From Candidatus Brevundimonas colombiensis (lineage in GTDB: Bacteria; Pseudomonadota; Alphaproteobacteria; Caulobacterales; Caulobacteraceae), in contig CP119326.1 of NCBI GenBank assembly GCA_029202665.1, positions 589,092 to 653,091 of the forward strand: a DNA stretch of 64,000 nucleotides. The letters run 5' to 3'. This document shows, piece after piece, positions 18,750 to 27,682 of the stretch (the stretch's first letter is position 1; every line of letters starts with the position of its first letter). The position numbers and the translations under genes are program-made. The notes under the pieces are model-generated. The model did no database searches. It was given only the letters and a program-made list of their open reading frames with translations, and was not told the origin of the DNA.

Positions 18750-19802
18750 CTATTTGCCGAACAGCTTGTTCCAGCGGCGCTTGTCGCGGGCCTTCCAGGC
18801 GCCGCGGTGGTAGGCGTCGGAGGCGATCAGGGGGACGACGGTGGTGGCTTCGGCGAAGACCATCTGTTCGTGGGTGGTCTGGACCTTGCCCCAAGACGCC
18901 GCCTCTTTCAGCGTGGACGACGAGCAGGCGCCGTCGCGGACATCGGCGACGGTGATCTGGACCGCATAGCGGTGCATCTCGGCCTCGACGCCCAGGATTT
19001 CGGCGCAGACGACGGTGTCCTGGGCGAAGTTCTTGGGCACGCCGCCGCCGACCATGAACAGGCCGGTGACGCCCGCCGCGATCTTGATGTCGGTCAGTTC
19101 GCGGAAGTCGGCGATGGCGTCCAGCATCAGATAGGGCTGACCGGCGGCCGCCCGTTCCTTCTGGTGCTTGACCAGGCCGAAACCGGCGGACGAGTCGACG
19201 AAGGCCGGGCAGAAGATCGGCACGCCCTCTTCATAGGCGGTCTGGATCAGGCAGCCGGGCTTTTTGGCGTTGCCCTCGCTCAGCCATTTGCCCATTTCCC
19301 AGATGAACTCGCGGCTGGAATAGCCGCGCGGCTCCAGCCGATTGGCGATCTCCAGAATGGTGTGGTCGCAGGCCTGAAGCTCTTCCTCGTCGATATAGGT
19401 GTCGTAGATGCGGTCGATGTAGTTTTCGCGCAGCACGTTGTCATCGACCTGACCGGCGGCCTGATAGTGTTTGAAGCCCAGGGCCTCGAAGAAATCCATA
19501 TCGACGATGGAGGCGCCGGTGGCGACCACGGCGTCGACCATGCCGAACTTCACCATGTCGCGGTACACGTCCATGCAGCCGCCGGCCGAAGTCGAGCCGG
19601 CCAGGATCAGCCAGGGCGAGCAGTCCGCATCCTCGATGGCCATCGACAAGATGTCGGCGGCGCGGGCGGTGTCCCGGCTGCTGAACGACATCTTGCGCAT
19701 GGAATCGATGATCGGACGCGCATCGAAGCTGGTGATGTCGACATGCTCGACGATGTTCTGCAGCAACTGCGCCTTGGTGTTGGACGAGGCGGGAGCGTTC
19801 AT
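18750..19802 (-). CDS. Deoxyhypusine synthase-like protein (SpeY-type); start placed at MNAP (19802), ORF track extends to 19841
   Basis: IDRIYDT, PIFCPAFVDSSAG, VGGGVPKNF, DGACSSSTLKEAASWGK. Confidence 0.9.
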   Translation of the reverse strand: MNAPASSNTKAQLLQNIVEHVDITSFDARPIIDSMRKMSFSSRDTARAADILSMAIEDADCSPWLILAGSTSAGGCMDVYRDMVKFGMVDAVVATGASIVDMDFFEALGFKHYQAAGQVDDNVLRENYIDRIYDTYIDEEELQACDHTILEIANRLEPRGYSSREFIWEMGKWLSEGNAKKPGCLIQTAYEEGVPIFCPAFVDSSAGFGLVKHQKERAAAGQPYLMLDAIADFRELTDIKIAAGVTGLFMVGGGVPKNFAQDTVVCAEILGVEAEMHRYAVQITVADVRDGACSSSTLKEAASWGKVQTTHEQMVFAEATTVVPLIASDAYHRGAWKARDKRRWNKLFGK

Positions 19803-19895
19803 TTCGGCGGTTACCCTGTGATTTGAGCGCCCGTCGAACAAGCAGACGTGCCGGGACGGAGCGACCGACAGGACCGATAGACTCCCAACCTCAAG

Positions 19896-19999
19896 CCGTC
19901 ACCCTCGGACTTGATCCGAGGGTCGGATACGCAGCCGCATGACTTCCGACAGAGAAGACGCGGATGGCCCGATCCTCGGGTCGAGCCCGAGGATGACGG
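19896..19999. repeat. RPE/MITE-like palindromic element
   Basis: Terminal arms CCGTCACCCTCGGACTTGATCCGAGGGTC and GATCCTCGGGTCGAGCCCGAGGATGACGG are mutually inverted and each is internally palindromic. Confidence 0.75.
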
Positions 20000-20015
20000 A
20001 TTGGGTTGAAGCGCC

Positions 20016-21281
20016 CTACTTCCGGCGCGACTTGCGCTGACCGGCCTTACCCTTGGGACGTGACAGACGCACGACCTTGCGGGCGTTCTCTTCCGCCGTG
20101 GTGCGCACGGTGGGGATGGAGCGCGGGGCCAGACCATAAAGCGAAGCCATGGGGGCGTCCTCGACCACGGCGAGATCGTGCTCGCCATAGCCGTTGAAGC
20201 CGGTCGACATCGCGACGCCGTAAGCGCCCAACATGCCGATCTCGATGAAGTCGCCTTCGCGCACATCGGCCGGCAGCCAGAAGGGTCCCGGCATATGGTC
20301 GATGGAATCGCAGGTCGGACCGTAGAACTGGAACGCCTTCAGCTCGCCCGAGCTTTCCCCGTCCCGGACCAGCTTGGTCGGGAAGGGCCAGCGCGAGTGG
20401 GTCGCATCGAACAGCGAGCCGTATGAGCCGTCGTTCAGATACAGGGCGTCGCCCTTGCGCAGATCGACGCGCGCCAGGATCGACGAGGATTCGGCGACCA
20501 GCGACCGGCCGGGCTCGCACCACAGTTCGGTCGTTTCCGACACCGGCATCTCGTTGAAGCCGCGATGGATGGCGTCGGCGTATTCGCTCATGTCCGGCGG
20601 GACCATGCCCGGATAGACCGAGGGGAAACCGCCGCCGACATCAACCACGTCGACGATCACGCCTGCGCGGCTGATCGACCGACCGACCTGGGCCATCGCC
20701 GCCTGATAGGCGGTGGGGCGCATGCACTGCGAACCGACATGGAAGCTGACGCCCATCAGCCCTTCCTTTACCGCCTGGCGCGTGGCCAGCAGCAGGGCCG
20801 GAGCCTGGTCCGACGAGACGCCGAATTTGCCCGACAGGGTATAGGCGGCGCCGTCGGCCGAAACGGCCATACGCACGATCAGATTCAGGTCGTCCGCGCC
20901 GCCGGTGGCGTCGAGGATCTTGTTCAGCTCTTCCACGCAGTCGAGCGAGAAGGTGCGGACGCCGTGGTCGAAATAGGCCTTGGTGATCGCAGAGCGGCTC
21001 TTGACCGGATGCATGAAGGCCAGGCGCGCGTCATCGCTGACCGAACGGACCAGTTCGATTTCGGCGATGGACGCCACGTCGAAGGCGCGAACGCCTGCCT
21101 CGACCAGGGTCTCGATGACCCAGCGCGACGGGTTCGCCTTCACCGCATAGAAGACGTCGGCTTTTAAATTATCCTGGAACCAGCGCGCCGCTACGGAAAC
21201 CGAACGCGGCCGCACGAGTGCGACGGGACGTTCAGGAGGCCGCTCACGGACCAGGTCCAGGGGAAGTTGGTACGTGCGCAA
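20016..21281 (-). CDS. Fold-type III PLP-dependent ornithine/lysine decarboxylase (TTG start)
   Basis: FYAVKANP PLP lysine, FDVAS, GVSFHVGSQ, VDVGGGF, EPGR, GPTCDSID, GAY. Confidence 0.93.
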   Translation of the reverse strand: MRTYQLPLDLVRERPPERPVALVRPRSVSVAARWFQDNLKADVFYAVKANPSRWVIETLVEAGVRAFDVASIAEIELVRSVSDDARLAFMHPVKSRSAITKAYFDHGVRTFSLDCVEELNKILDATGGADDLNLIVRMAVSADGAAYTLSGKFGVSSDQAPALLLATRQAVKEGLMGVSFHVGSQCMRPTAYQAAMAQVGRSISRAGVIVDVVDVGGGFPSVYPGMVPPDMSEYADAIHRGFNEMPVSETTELWCEPGRSLVAESSSILARVDLRKGDALYLNDGSYGSLFDATHSRWPFPTKLVRDGESSGELKAFQFYGPTCDSIDHMPGPFWLPADVREGDFIEIGMLGAYGVAMSTGFNGYGEHDLAVVEDAPMASLYGLAPRSIPTVRTTAEENARKVVRLSRPKGKAGQRKSRRK

Positions 21282-21362
21282 TTCACGTAGCCCCCTGCTA
21301 ATTGTTAACCCAGACCGGCGTTAGCAGCGCGTAACGGTTAGACCTACGGGGTCCGCCGGAAA
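21282..21362 (-). promoter_or_regulatory. Candidate cis-regulatory RNA (H-type pseudoknot) in the decarboxylase leader
   Basis: CCGGCG (21359-54)/CGCCGG (21320-15) crosses CUGCUAA (21327-21)/UUAGCAG (21301-295); the second stem overlaps the AGGGGG SD. Confidence 0.6.
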
Positions 21363-21523
21363 CGGGGATATGGGGGCTGTGGACTGTCATGTAAAGCGGT
21401 AATTTCATGGCAGGGCCTGGGTTTGGCCCGGCCCGGACTGTCACAAATGTCCGTCCACCCTCGTAATGGTGCGCGAAGGGCAACCTTGGCCTTTGGCCAT
21501 CGTTGAGACCAGGGGAGGCCTGA

Positions 21524-22747
21524 ATGAACCGCTGGATATTCCTGTTTCGACGCATGTCGCGCCAGCTGTGGTGGCGCGCCAGCCTGTACGCCGCCTTGGG
21601 CGTGGTCGCCGCCCTGGCCGCGGCCTGGGGCGCGCCCTTCGCGCCGCCGGTGCTGGCCGAGCGGTTCGGCGGCGATTCCGTCGAGGCGGTGCTGACCATA
21701 CTGGCGTCCAGCCTGCTGGCCGTGGCGACCTTTTCGCTGGGGGCCATGGTCACGGCCTATACCAGCGTATCCAGCGCCGCGACGCCCCGCGCCGCCGCTC
21801 TGATCACCGGCGACGAAAGCACCCAGAAGGCGCTGGCCACCTTCGTCGGCGCCTTTCTCTACGCCATCGTCGGGGTCACGGCGATCAATGCGCAGTATTA
21901 CGGGCCGGGCGGCCGGGCGATCATCTTCGTGTTCAGCCTGGTCGTGGTCGCCCTGGTCGCGTTTCGCCTGCTGACCTGGGTCAGCCGACTGACGCGGCTG
22001 GCGCGGTTAAGCCACACGGTCGAGCGGATCGAGGCCGAGGCCCAGGCCGCCCTGACGGCCGAGGCGAGACGACCCCGAATGGGGGCCTCGTCCGGCGTCC
22101 TGGACCAGGGGCCGGTCGTGACCGCGCCCCAGACCGGCTATGTGCTGAACGTGGACGTTCAACGTCTGCAAGCCACGGCCGAGCGGGCCGAGGGGCGGAT
22201 ACAGGTGATCGCCCGCCCCGGCGCCTTCGTCATGCGCGGCGAGCCTCTGGCCCGGCTGAGCGGCGAGGCCGTCGATGCGGACGCGGTGCAGACGGCCTTC
22301 TCCCTGGGGCGCGAACGGTCGTTCGACCAGGATCCCCGCTACGGCCTGATCGTGCTGGGCGAGATCGCGGACAAGGCCTTGTCGGCCGCCGTCAACGACA
22401 TCGGCACTGTCGTCGGCGTGATCGGTTCGGGGGTGCGGCTTCTGGACCTGTGGGCCGAAACGACGCCGGACGATCGGGCGCCCTGCGACCGCGTGCTGGC
22501 TGAGCCCTTGTCGGCGGACGATCTGCTGGACGACATCTTCGGCCCCGTGGTGCGCCACGGCGCCCACGATCTGACCAGCGCGGTTCGTTTGCGAAAGGCG
22601 CTGACCTCCCTGTCCGTTCATCCGGTCCTGTCGAACGCCGCGCAGGCCATGGATGCGCGGCTGATGCAGGATGCGGATTTCGCCAACGTCGCGGACATGG
22701 AACGGCTGCGGCGTTGCGGCGGCGGGGGCCGGACAAGGGCAGGCTAG
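21524..22747 (+). CDS. DUF2254 family membrane protein
   Basis: ILASSLLAVATFSLG, TQKALATFVGAF, RSFDQDPRYGL, KALSAAVND. Confidence 0.85.
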   Translation: MNRWIFLFRRMSRQLWWRASLYAALGVVAALAAAWGAPFAPPVLAERFGGDSVEAVLTILASSLLAVATFSLGAMVTAYTSVSSAATPRAAALITGDESTQKALATFVGAFLYAIVGVTAINAQYYGPGGRAIIFVFSLVVVALVAFRLLTWVSRLTRLARLSHTVERIEAEAQAALTAEARRPRMGASSGVLDQGPVVTAPQTGYVLNVDVQRLQATAERAEGRIQVIARPGAFVMRGEPLARLSGEAVDADAVQTAFSLGRERSFDQDPRYGLIVLGEIADKALSAAVNDIGTVVGVIGSGVRLLDLWAETTPDDRAPCDRVLAEPLSADDLLDDIFGPVVRHGAHDLTSAVRLRKALTSLSVHPVLSNAAQAMDARLMQDADFANVADMERLRRCGGGGRTRAG

Positions 22748-22838
22748 ACGAAATCCCTCGCGCCGTGCGATTAAGACTTGCCCAAACGCCTTCGTCGCGT
22801 CATGCGGCGCCCCTTCGCCACAGCCTCCTAGCGAGTTC

Positions 22839-23648
22839 ATGAGTTCATCCGCAGCCGCCGTCGCCCCCGGGCTAGTCCAGGCGCGTGACGTGTCGAAGAC
22901 CTTCGGATCGCGAAAGGCGCTGGACGGCGTCTCGATCTCGGTCGCCTCGGGCGAGATGGTCGCCCTGATCGGGCCGTCCGGGTCGGGCAAGTCCACCCTG
23001 TTGCGCTCCATCACCGGTCTGCAGTCGATCGACGCGGGCAAGGGAACCATCCAGGTCTTCGGCGAAACCGTTCAAAAGGACGGCCGCGTCACCGGCGCCG
23101 TGCGCAAGGCGCGCGGCAAGCTGGGCATGATCTTCCAGCAGTTCAACCTGGTCGGCCGCCTCAGCCTGTTCTCCAACGTCATGCTGGGCGCCCTGGGCCG
23201 CCTGCCGTCGTGGCAGGGACTTCTGGGGATGTGGCCGCAGGCGGACAAGGACAAGGCCATGGCGGCCATGCACCGCGTCGGCGTCAGCGACTACGCCGCC
23301 CAGCGCGCCAACACCCTGTCGGGCGGCCAGCAGCAGCGCGGCGCCATCGCCCGCGCCATCGTGCAGGGCGCCAAGGCCATCCTTGCCGACGAACCGGTCG
23401 CCTCGCTGGACCCGGTGTCCGCCCGCAAGGTGATGGAGCTGTTGGTCGAGCTGAACAAGCGCGACGGCCTGGGCGTGATCGTCACCCTGCACCAGGTCGA
23501 CTACGCCATCCGCTACTGCGACCGGGTCATCGCCTTGCAGGGCGGCAAGATCGTCTATGACGGCCCTTCCACGGCGCTGGACCAAAAGCGCCTGATCGAA
23601 ATCTACGGTCCCGAGTTCGAGGACGCGTTCTGGGAGACCAAGGCATGA
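22839..23648 (+). CDS. phnC: Phosphonate ABC transporter ATPase
   Basis: GPSGSGKSTL, IFQQFNLV, LSGGQQQR, LADEPVASLDP. Confidence 0.93.
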   Translation: MSSSAAAVAPGLVQARDVSKTFGSRKALDGVSISVASGEMVALIGPSGSGKSTLLRSITGLQSIDAGKGTIQVFGETVQKDGRVTGAVRKARGKLGMIFQQFNLVGRLSLFSNVMLGALGRLPSWQGLLGMWPQADKDKAMAAMHRVGVSDYAAQRANTLSGGQQQRGAIARAIVQGAKAILADEPVASLDPVSARKVMELLVELNKRDGLGVIVTLHQVDYAIRYCDRVIALQGGKIVYDGPSTALDQKRLIEIYGPEFEDAFWETKA

Positions 23649-24658
23649 GCCTGTCCCGTATTGCCCCCACCCGCCGTCTGATGGCGGCGGCCGGCGCCGC
23701 CGTGATGATCCTGGGCCTGGCCGCGTGTGGCGGCGGCGACAAGAAGACCGCAGGCGGCGCGCCCACGGAACTGACCTTCTCCATTCTGTCGGCGGAAGGC
23801 CAGGCCTCGGCCGGCCCGCTGTGGCAGCCGCTGCTGGACGACATGTCCAAGGCCGTCGGCGTGCCGGTGAAACCCTATTTCGGCTCGAACTACACGGTCC
23901 TGGTCGAGGCCATGCGCGGCAACCACACCCAGGTCGGCTGGTTCTCGGCCAAGCCTGAGGTCGAGGCCATCGACCGCGCCAACGCCGAGGTCATCGCCCG
24001 CACCGTCAACCGCGAGGGTCTGGACAGCTATCAGTCGACCCTGATCGTCAAGAAGGGTTCGGGCATTACGCTGGACAAGGTTCTGGCGTGCGGCAAGCAG
24101 TACAATTTCGGCATCGGCGACGCCCAGTCGACGTCCGGCACGCTGGCGCCGCTGACCTTCCTGTTCAATCCTCGCGGCGTGGTTCCCAGCCAGTGCTTCA
24201 AGACGGTGCGCTCGGCCAACCACCAGGCCAACGCCTTCGGCGTGGCGACCGGCGTGATCGACGTGGCCACCTCCAACAGCGTCAACACCCTGTTCATGCG
24301 CAAGGAGAACCCGCAGCTGGCCGCCCAGGTGGAGGACATCTGGACCTCACCCCCCATCCCAGAGAGCGGCATCGTCGTGCGCGAGGATCTGGACCCGGCG
24401 CTGAAGGAAAAAATCCGCAGCTTCTTCCTGACCTATGGCCAGGGCGAAGGCGCCGAGGCCGAGCGTCAGCGCAAAATCCTGGCGGACCTGGAATATTCGC
24501 GCTTCGCCGCCGCCGACGACAGCTATCTGGACCCGATCCGCGAGATGATCGCCGACCAGAAGCTGGGCGAGGCCCGCGCCAAGGGCGATGCCGCCGGCAC
24601 GGCCGCCGCCGAACGCGAACTGCAACGCCTGCGCAGCCTGCGCGAGGTCCGGCCTTGA
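23645..24658 (+). CDS. phnD: Phosphonate/phosphite ABC substrate-binding lipoprotein
   Basis: LAA|C lipobox, STSG ligand loop, NH, DVAT. Confidence 0.9.
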   Translation: MSLSRIAPTRRLMAAAGAAVMILGLAACGGGDKKTAGGAPTELTFSILSAEGQASAGPLWQPLLDDMSKAVGVPVKPYFGSNYTVLVEAMRGNHTQVGWFSAKPEVEAIDRANAEVIARTVNREGLDSYQSTLIVKKGSGITLDKVLACGKQYNFGIGDAQSTSGTLAPLTFLFNPRGVVPSQCFKTVRSANHQANAFGVATGVIDVATSNSVNTLFMRKENPQLAAQVEDIWTSPPIPESGIVVREDLDPALKEKIRSFFLTYGQGEGAEAERQRKILADLEYSRFAAADDSYLDPIREMIADQKLGEARAKGDAAGTAAAERELQRLRSLREVRP

Positions 24659-25467
24659 CCGCAGCCGCGTCGCCCGCGCTGGCCATTCCGGCCGCGCCCA
24701 AGAAATCGACCCTGGCCTGGGTCGCCGACATTCTGGTCTGGGGCGGCGTGGCGGCCGTCCTGCTCTACAGCATCGACGCGGTGGATCTGGGCAACATCTC
24801 GCGCCTGTTCGCGGGCAACGACAGCACCAAACTGTTCGTCCACGACCTGATGCGGCCCGACTTCGCCGACTGGAAGATGTTCGTCGCCAAGATGTGGGAG
24901 ACGGTCCAGATCGCCCTTTGGGGCACCTTCCTGGCCGTGATCCTGGGCATTCCGCTGGGTCTGGCGGCGGCGCGCAATATCGCCCCCGTCTGGATCGTGA
25001 CGCCGGTGCGCTGGGTGATGAACCTGCTGCGTTCGGTGCCCGACCTGGTCATCGGCCTGCTGTTCGTGACGGCCGTCGGCCTTGGGCCTCTGGCCGGCGT
25101 GCTGGCCATCACCCTGAACACGGCCGGCGTGCTGGCCAAACTGTTCTCGGAAGCCGTGGAATCCATCGACAAGGGGCCGGTCGAGGGCGTGCGCGCCACC
25201 GGCGCAGGCAAGCTGCACGAGATCGTCTGGGGCGTGCTGCCGCAGGTGGCGCCGCTATGGACCTCGTTCGCCCTGTACCGTTTCGAATCCAACAGCCGTT
25301 CGGCGACGGTGCTGGGTCTGATCGGGGCCGGCGGCATCGGCCAGGTGCTGTTCGACAGCATGAACGCCTTCGATTTCCGCGCCGTCTCGGCCATCGTGAT
25401 CGTCGTCGTGGTCGCCGTGACCCTGATCGACACCCTGTCGCAGGTCATGCGCCGCCGCCTGCTGTGA
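24655..25467 (+). CDS. phnE: Phosphonate ABC transporter permease (TTG start overlapping phnD stop)
   Basis: ETVQIALWGT, LRSVPDLV, KLFSEAVESID, FESNSRSATVLGLIGAGGIG. Confidence 0.93.
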   Translation: MTAAASPALAIPAAPKKSTLAWVADILVWGGVAAVLLYSIDAVDLGNISRLFAGNDSTKLFVHDLMRPDFADWKMFVAKMWETVQIALWGTFLAVILGIPLGLAAARNIAPVWIVTPVRWVMNLLRSVPDLVIGLLFVTAVGLGPLAGVLAITLNTAGVLAKLFSEAVESIDKGPVEGVRATGAGKLHEIVWGVLPQVAPLWTSFALYRFESNSRSATVLGLIGAGGIGQVLFDSMNAFDFRAVSAIVIVVVVAVTLIDTLSQVMRRRLL

Positions 25468-25490
25468 CGGCGGCGGTTCCGTTCGCGGGA

Positions 25491-25497
25491 CTGTCAT
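25491..25497 (+). promoter_or_regulatory. Pho-box half site CTGTCAT upstream of pstS
   Basis: Exact half-site consensus; no good partner half-site at 11-bp spacing. Confidence 0.3.
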
Positions 25498-25547
25498 AAT
25501 CCTCTGCTCTAAAGCGTCGCGAAATCGATGCTCAAGGAGAGCCTTGG

Positions 25548-26618
25548 ATGATCCGCACCCTTAAACTGGCGGCTTCGGCCGCCGCCCTTCTGGCGCTTGC
25601 GGCCTGCGGCGACAGCAGCGGCGGCGGCGGTTCGTCCTCGGGAACCCGCTCGGGCATCTGGGCGGCGGGTTCGTCCACCGTCTTCCCGTTCGCCACCCGT
25701 GTCGCCGAAACCTTCGCCCGCACCTCAAGCGGGGCGGCGCCGCGCGTCGAATCGCTGGGCACAGGCGGCGGCATCCAGGCCTTCTGCCAAGGTGTGGGTC
25801 CCAACACGCCCGATATCGCCAACGCCTCGCGCCAGATGAAGGCGTCCGAGTTCGACCTGTGCGCCAAGAACGGCGTCAAGGACATCGTCGAGATCAAGAT
25901 CGGCTTCGACGGCATCGTCATCGCCACCGCCCGCAACGGCAACGGCTTCAACTTCGAACTGAACGACCTCTATGAAGGTCTGGCCAAGGAAGTCCCCGGA
26001 GCCAACGGTCAGTTCGTCGCCAACCCGACCAAGACCTGGAACGATGTGAACAAGGGCCTGCCGAACCAGCGCATCCAGGTCTATGGCCCGCCGCCCACCT
26101 CGGGCACGCGCGACGCCTTCCTGGAGCTGGGCATGACGCCGGGCGCCAAGCTGGTGCCGGGGGTCAAGGCCATCGAGGGCGACAAGGATCGGTTCGAAGC
26201 CATCGCCCACACCCTGCGCGAAGACGGCGCCTGGATCGACTCGGGCGAGAACGACAACGCCATCGTCCAGACCCTGACCCGCACGCCGGGATCCCTGGGC
26301 GTGTTCGGCTATTCCTTCCTGGAGCAGAACCTGGACACGGTGAAGGCCGAGACCATCGACGGCGTCTCGCCCACCGCCGACACCATCGCCAGCGGCGAAT
26401 ACCCGCTGTCTCGCAGCCTCTACATCTATGTGAAGAAGGCCCACATCGGCGTCATCCCCGGCCTGCAGCAGTTCGTGCAGGAGTTCCTGTCGGAAGGTTC
26501 GGCCGGCAAGGGCGGCTATCTGGCCGATCGCGGCCTGATCCCACTGCCGGAAGATCAGCTTCAGGCCCAGCGCGCTCTGGCCGCCGCCATGACTCCGATG
26601 GCGCGCCCCGCCAAATAG
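25548..26618 (+). CDS. pstS: Phosphate-binding lipoprotein PstS
   Basis: LAA|C lipobox, AAGSSTVFP, GTGGG, DIANASR, PPTSGTRDAF, YPLSRSLYIYVK. Confidence 0.9.
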   Translation: MIRTLKLAASAAALLALAACGDSSGGGGSSSGTRSGIWAAGSSTVFPFATRVAETFARTSSGAAPRVESLGTGGGIQAFCQGVGPNTPDIANASRQMKASEFDLCAKNGVKDIVEIKIGFDGIVIATARNGNGFNFELNDLYEGLAKEVPGANGQFVANPTKTWNDVNKGLPNQRIQVYGPPPTSGTRDAFLELGMTPGAKLVPGVKAIEGDKDRFEAIAHTLREDGAWIDSGENDNAIVQTLTRTPGSLGVFGYSFLEQNLDTVKAETIDGVSPTADTIASGEYPLSRSLYIYVKKAHIGVIPGLQQFVQEFLSEGSAGKGGYLADRGLIPLPEDQLQAQRALAAAMTPMARPAK

Positions 26619-26698
26619 GGGCGGAACCTACAGACGTGCCGCCCCTTCTTTCGCCGGCTCGCACCGGCTAGAAGGGGCGGGATAACTGTCAGGAAACA

Positions 26699-27580
26699 TT
26701 GATGACCTCCACGCCCGCGCGTCTGCGCAAGGCCGTACTGCCCGTCGCGGGTCTCGGCACACGGGTTCTGCCCGGCACCAAGACGACGCCGAAGGAACTG
26801 CTGAACGTCGTCGATCGACCCATTCTGTCCTACATCGTCGAAGAGGCGCGCGAGGCGGGGATCGAACACATCGTCTTTGTGACCGGCCGCTCCAAAGGCG
26901 CCATCGAGGACTATTTCGACCACCAGATCGAGCTTGAGGCCCAGCTGGAGGCCAAGGGCAAGACGGCCATCCTGGAGATGATGAACGCCGAACTGGCCAA
27001 GGCCGGCGAGATGAGCTTCACCCGCCAGATGCAGCCCAAGGGCCTGGGCCACGCCGTCTGGTGCGCGCGCGACATCATCGGTCATGAGCCGTTCGCCGTC
27101 ATTCTGCCGGACGTCATCGTCGATGGTCAGCCGGGCGCGCTGAAACAGCTGGTCGATGTCTATGCCGAAACCGGCGGCAATCTGGTCGGCGTCGAATCCG
27201 TCGACATCGCCGATGCCCATAAATACGGCATCGTCGATCCCGAAAGCCGCGACGGCAACCGGATCACCATGAAGGGGATGGTCGAAAAGCCCGCCCCGGG
27301 CACGGCGCCGTCCAATCTGTCCATCGCGGGCCGCTACATCCTGCAGCCGGAAATCTTCGATCTGTTGGCGACGCAGGAGCGGGGCGCCGGCGGCGAGATC
27401 CAGCTGACCGACGCCATGGACCGGCTGATGCATCAGCAGAGCTTCACCGCCGTCGAATATGAAGGCGTGACCCACGACTGCGGCGACAAGATCGGCCTGT
27501 TGCGCGCCAATGTCGCCCTGGCCCTGAAACGCCCGGATCTGGGCGAAGCGGCGCGGGCGGCGATTTCGGCCCTGCTTTAA
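26699..27580 (+). CDS. galU: UTP-glucose-1-phosphate uridylyltransferase
   Basis: KAVLPVAGLGTRVLPGTK..PKELL, GLGHAV, VEKP, EIQLTDA, HDCGDK. Confidence 0.96.
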   Translation: MMTSTPARLRKAVLPVAGLGTRVLPGTKTTPKELLNVVDRPILSYIVEEAREAGIEHIVFVTGRSKGAIEDYFDHQIELEAQLEAKGKTAILEMMNAELAKAGEMSFTRQMQPKGLGHAVWCARDIIGHEPFAVILPDVIVDGQPGALKQLVDVYAETGGNLVGVESVDIADAHKYGIVDPESRDGNRITMKGMVEKPAPGTAPSNLSIAGRYILQPEIFDLLATQERGAGGEIQLTDAMDRLMHQQSFTAVEYEGVTHDCGDKIGLLRANVALALKRPDLGEAARAAISALL

Positions 27581-27682
27581 GGCCCGGGCCACGCCTTACG
27601 CCTCACCTGCGGCGGGAGGGTGGGGCGTTGAGCCTGCTGCTCGCCCCTGCTAACCCTCCGACAAATCATCAGGAGACATACA

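Noticed and set aside
21282-21362. SAM-II riboswitch
   Set aside because: The topology is similar, but the conserved UGAUUU loop 1 and terminal GCUAAA are absent. Kept only as an unclassified leader.
21381-21445. Two GGACTGTCA motifs as a Pho box
   Set aside because: They are 54 bp apart rather than 11, so they are isolated half-sites at best.
22750-22838. Pho box upstream of phnC
   Set aside because: Only a lone GTCAT (22799-22803) with no partner at 11-bp spacing.
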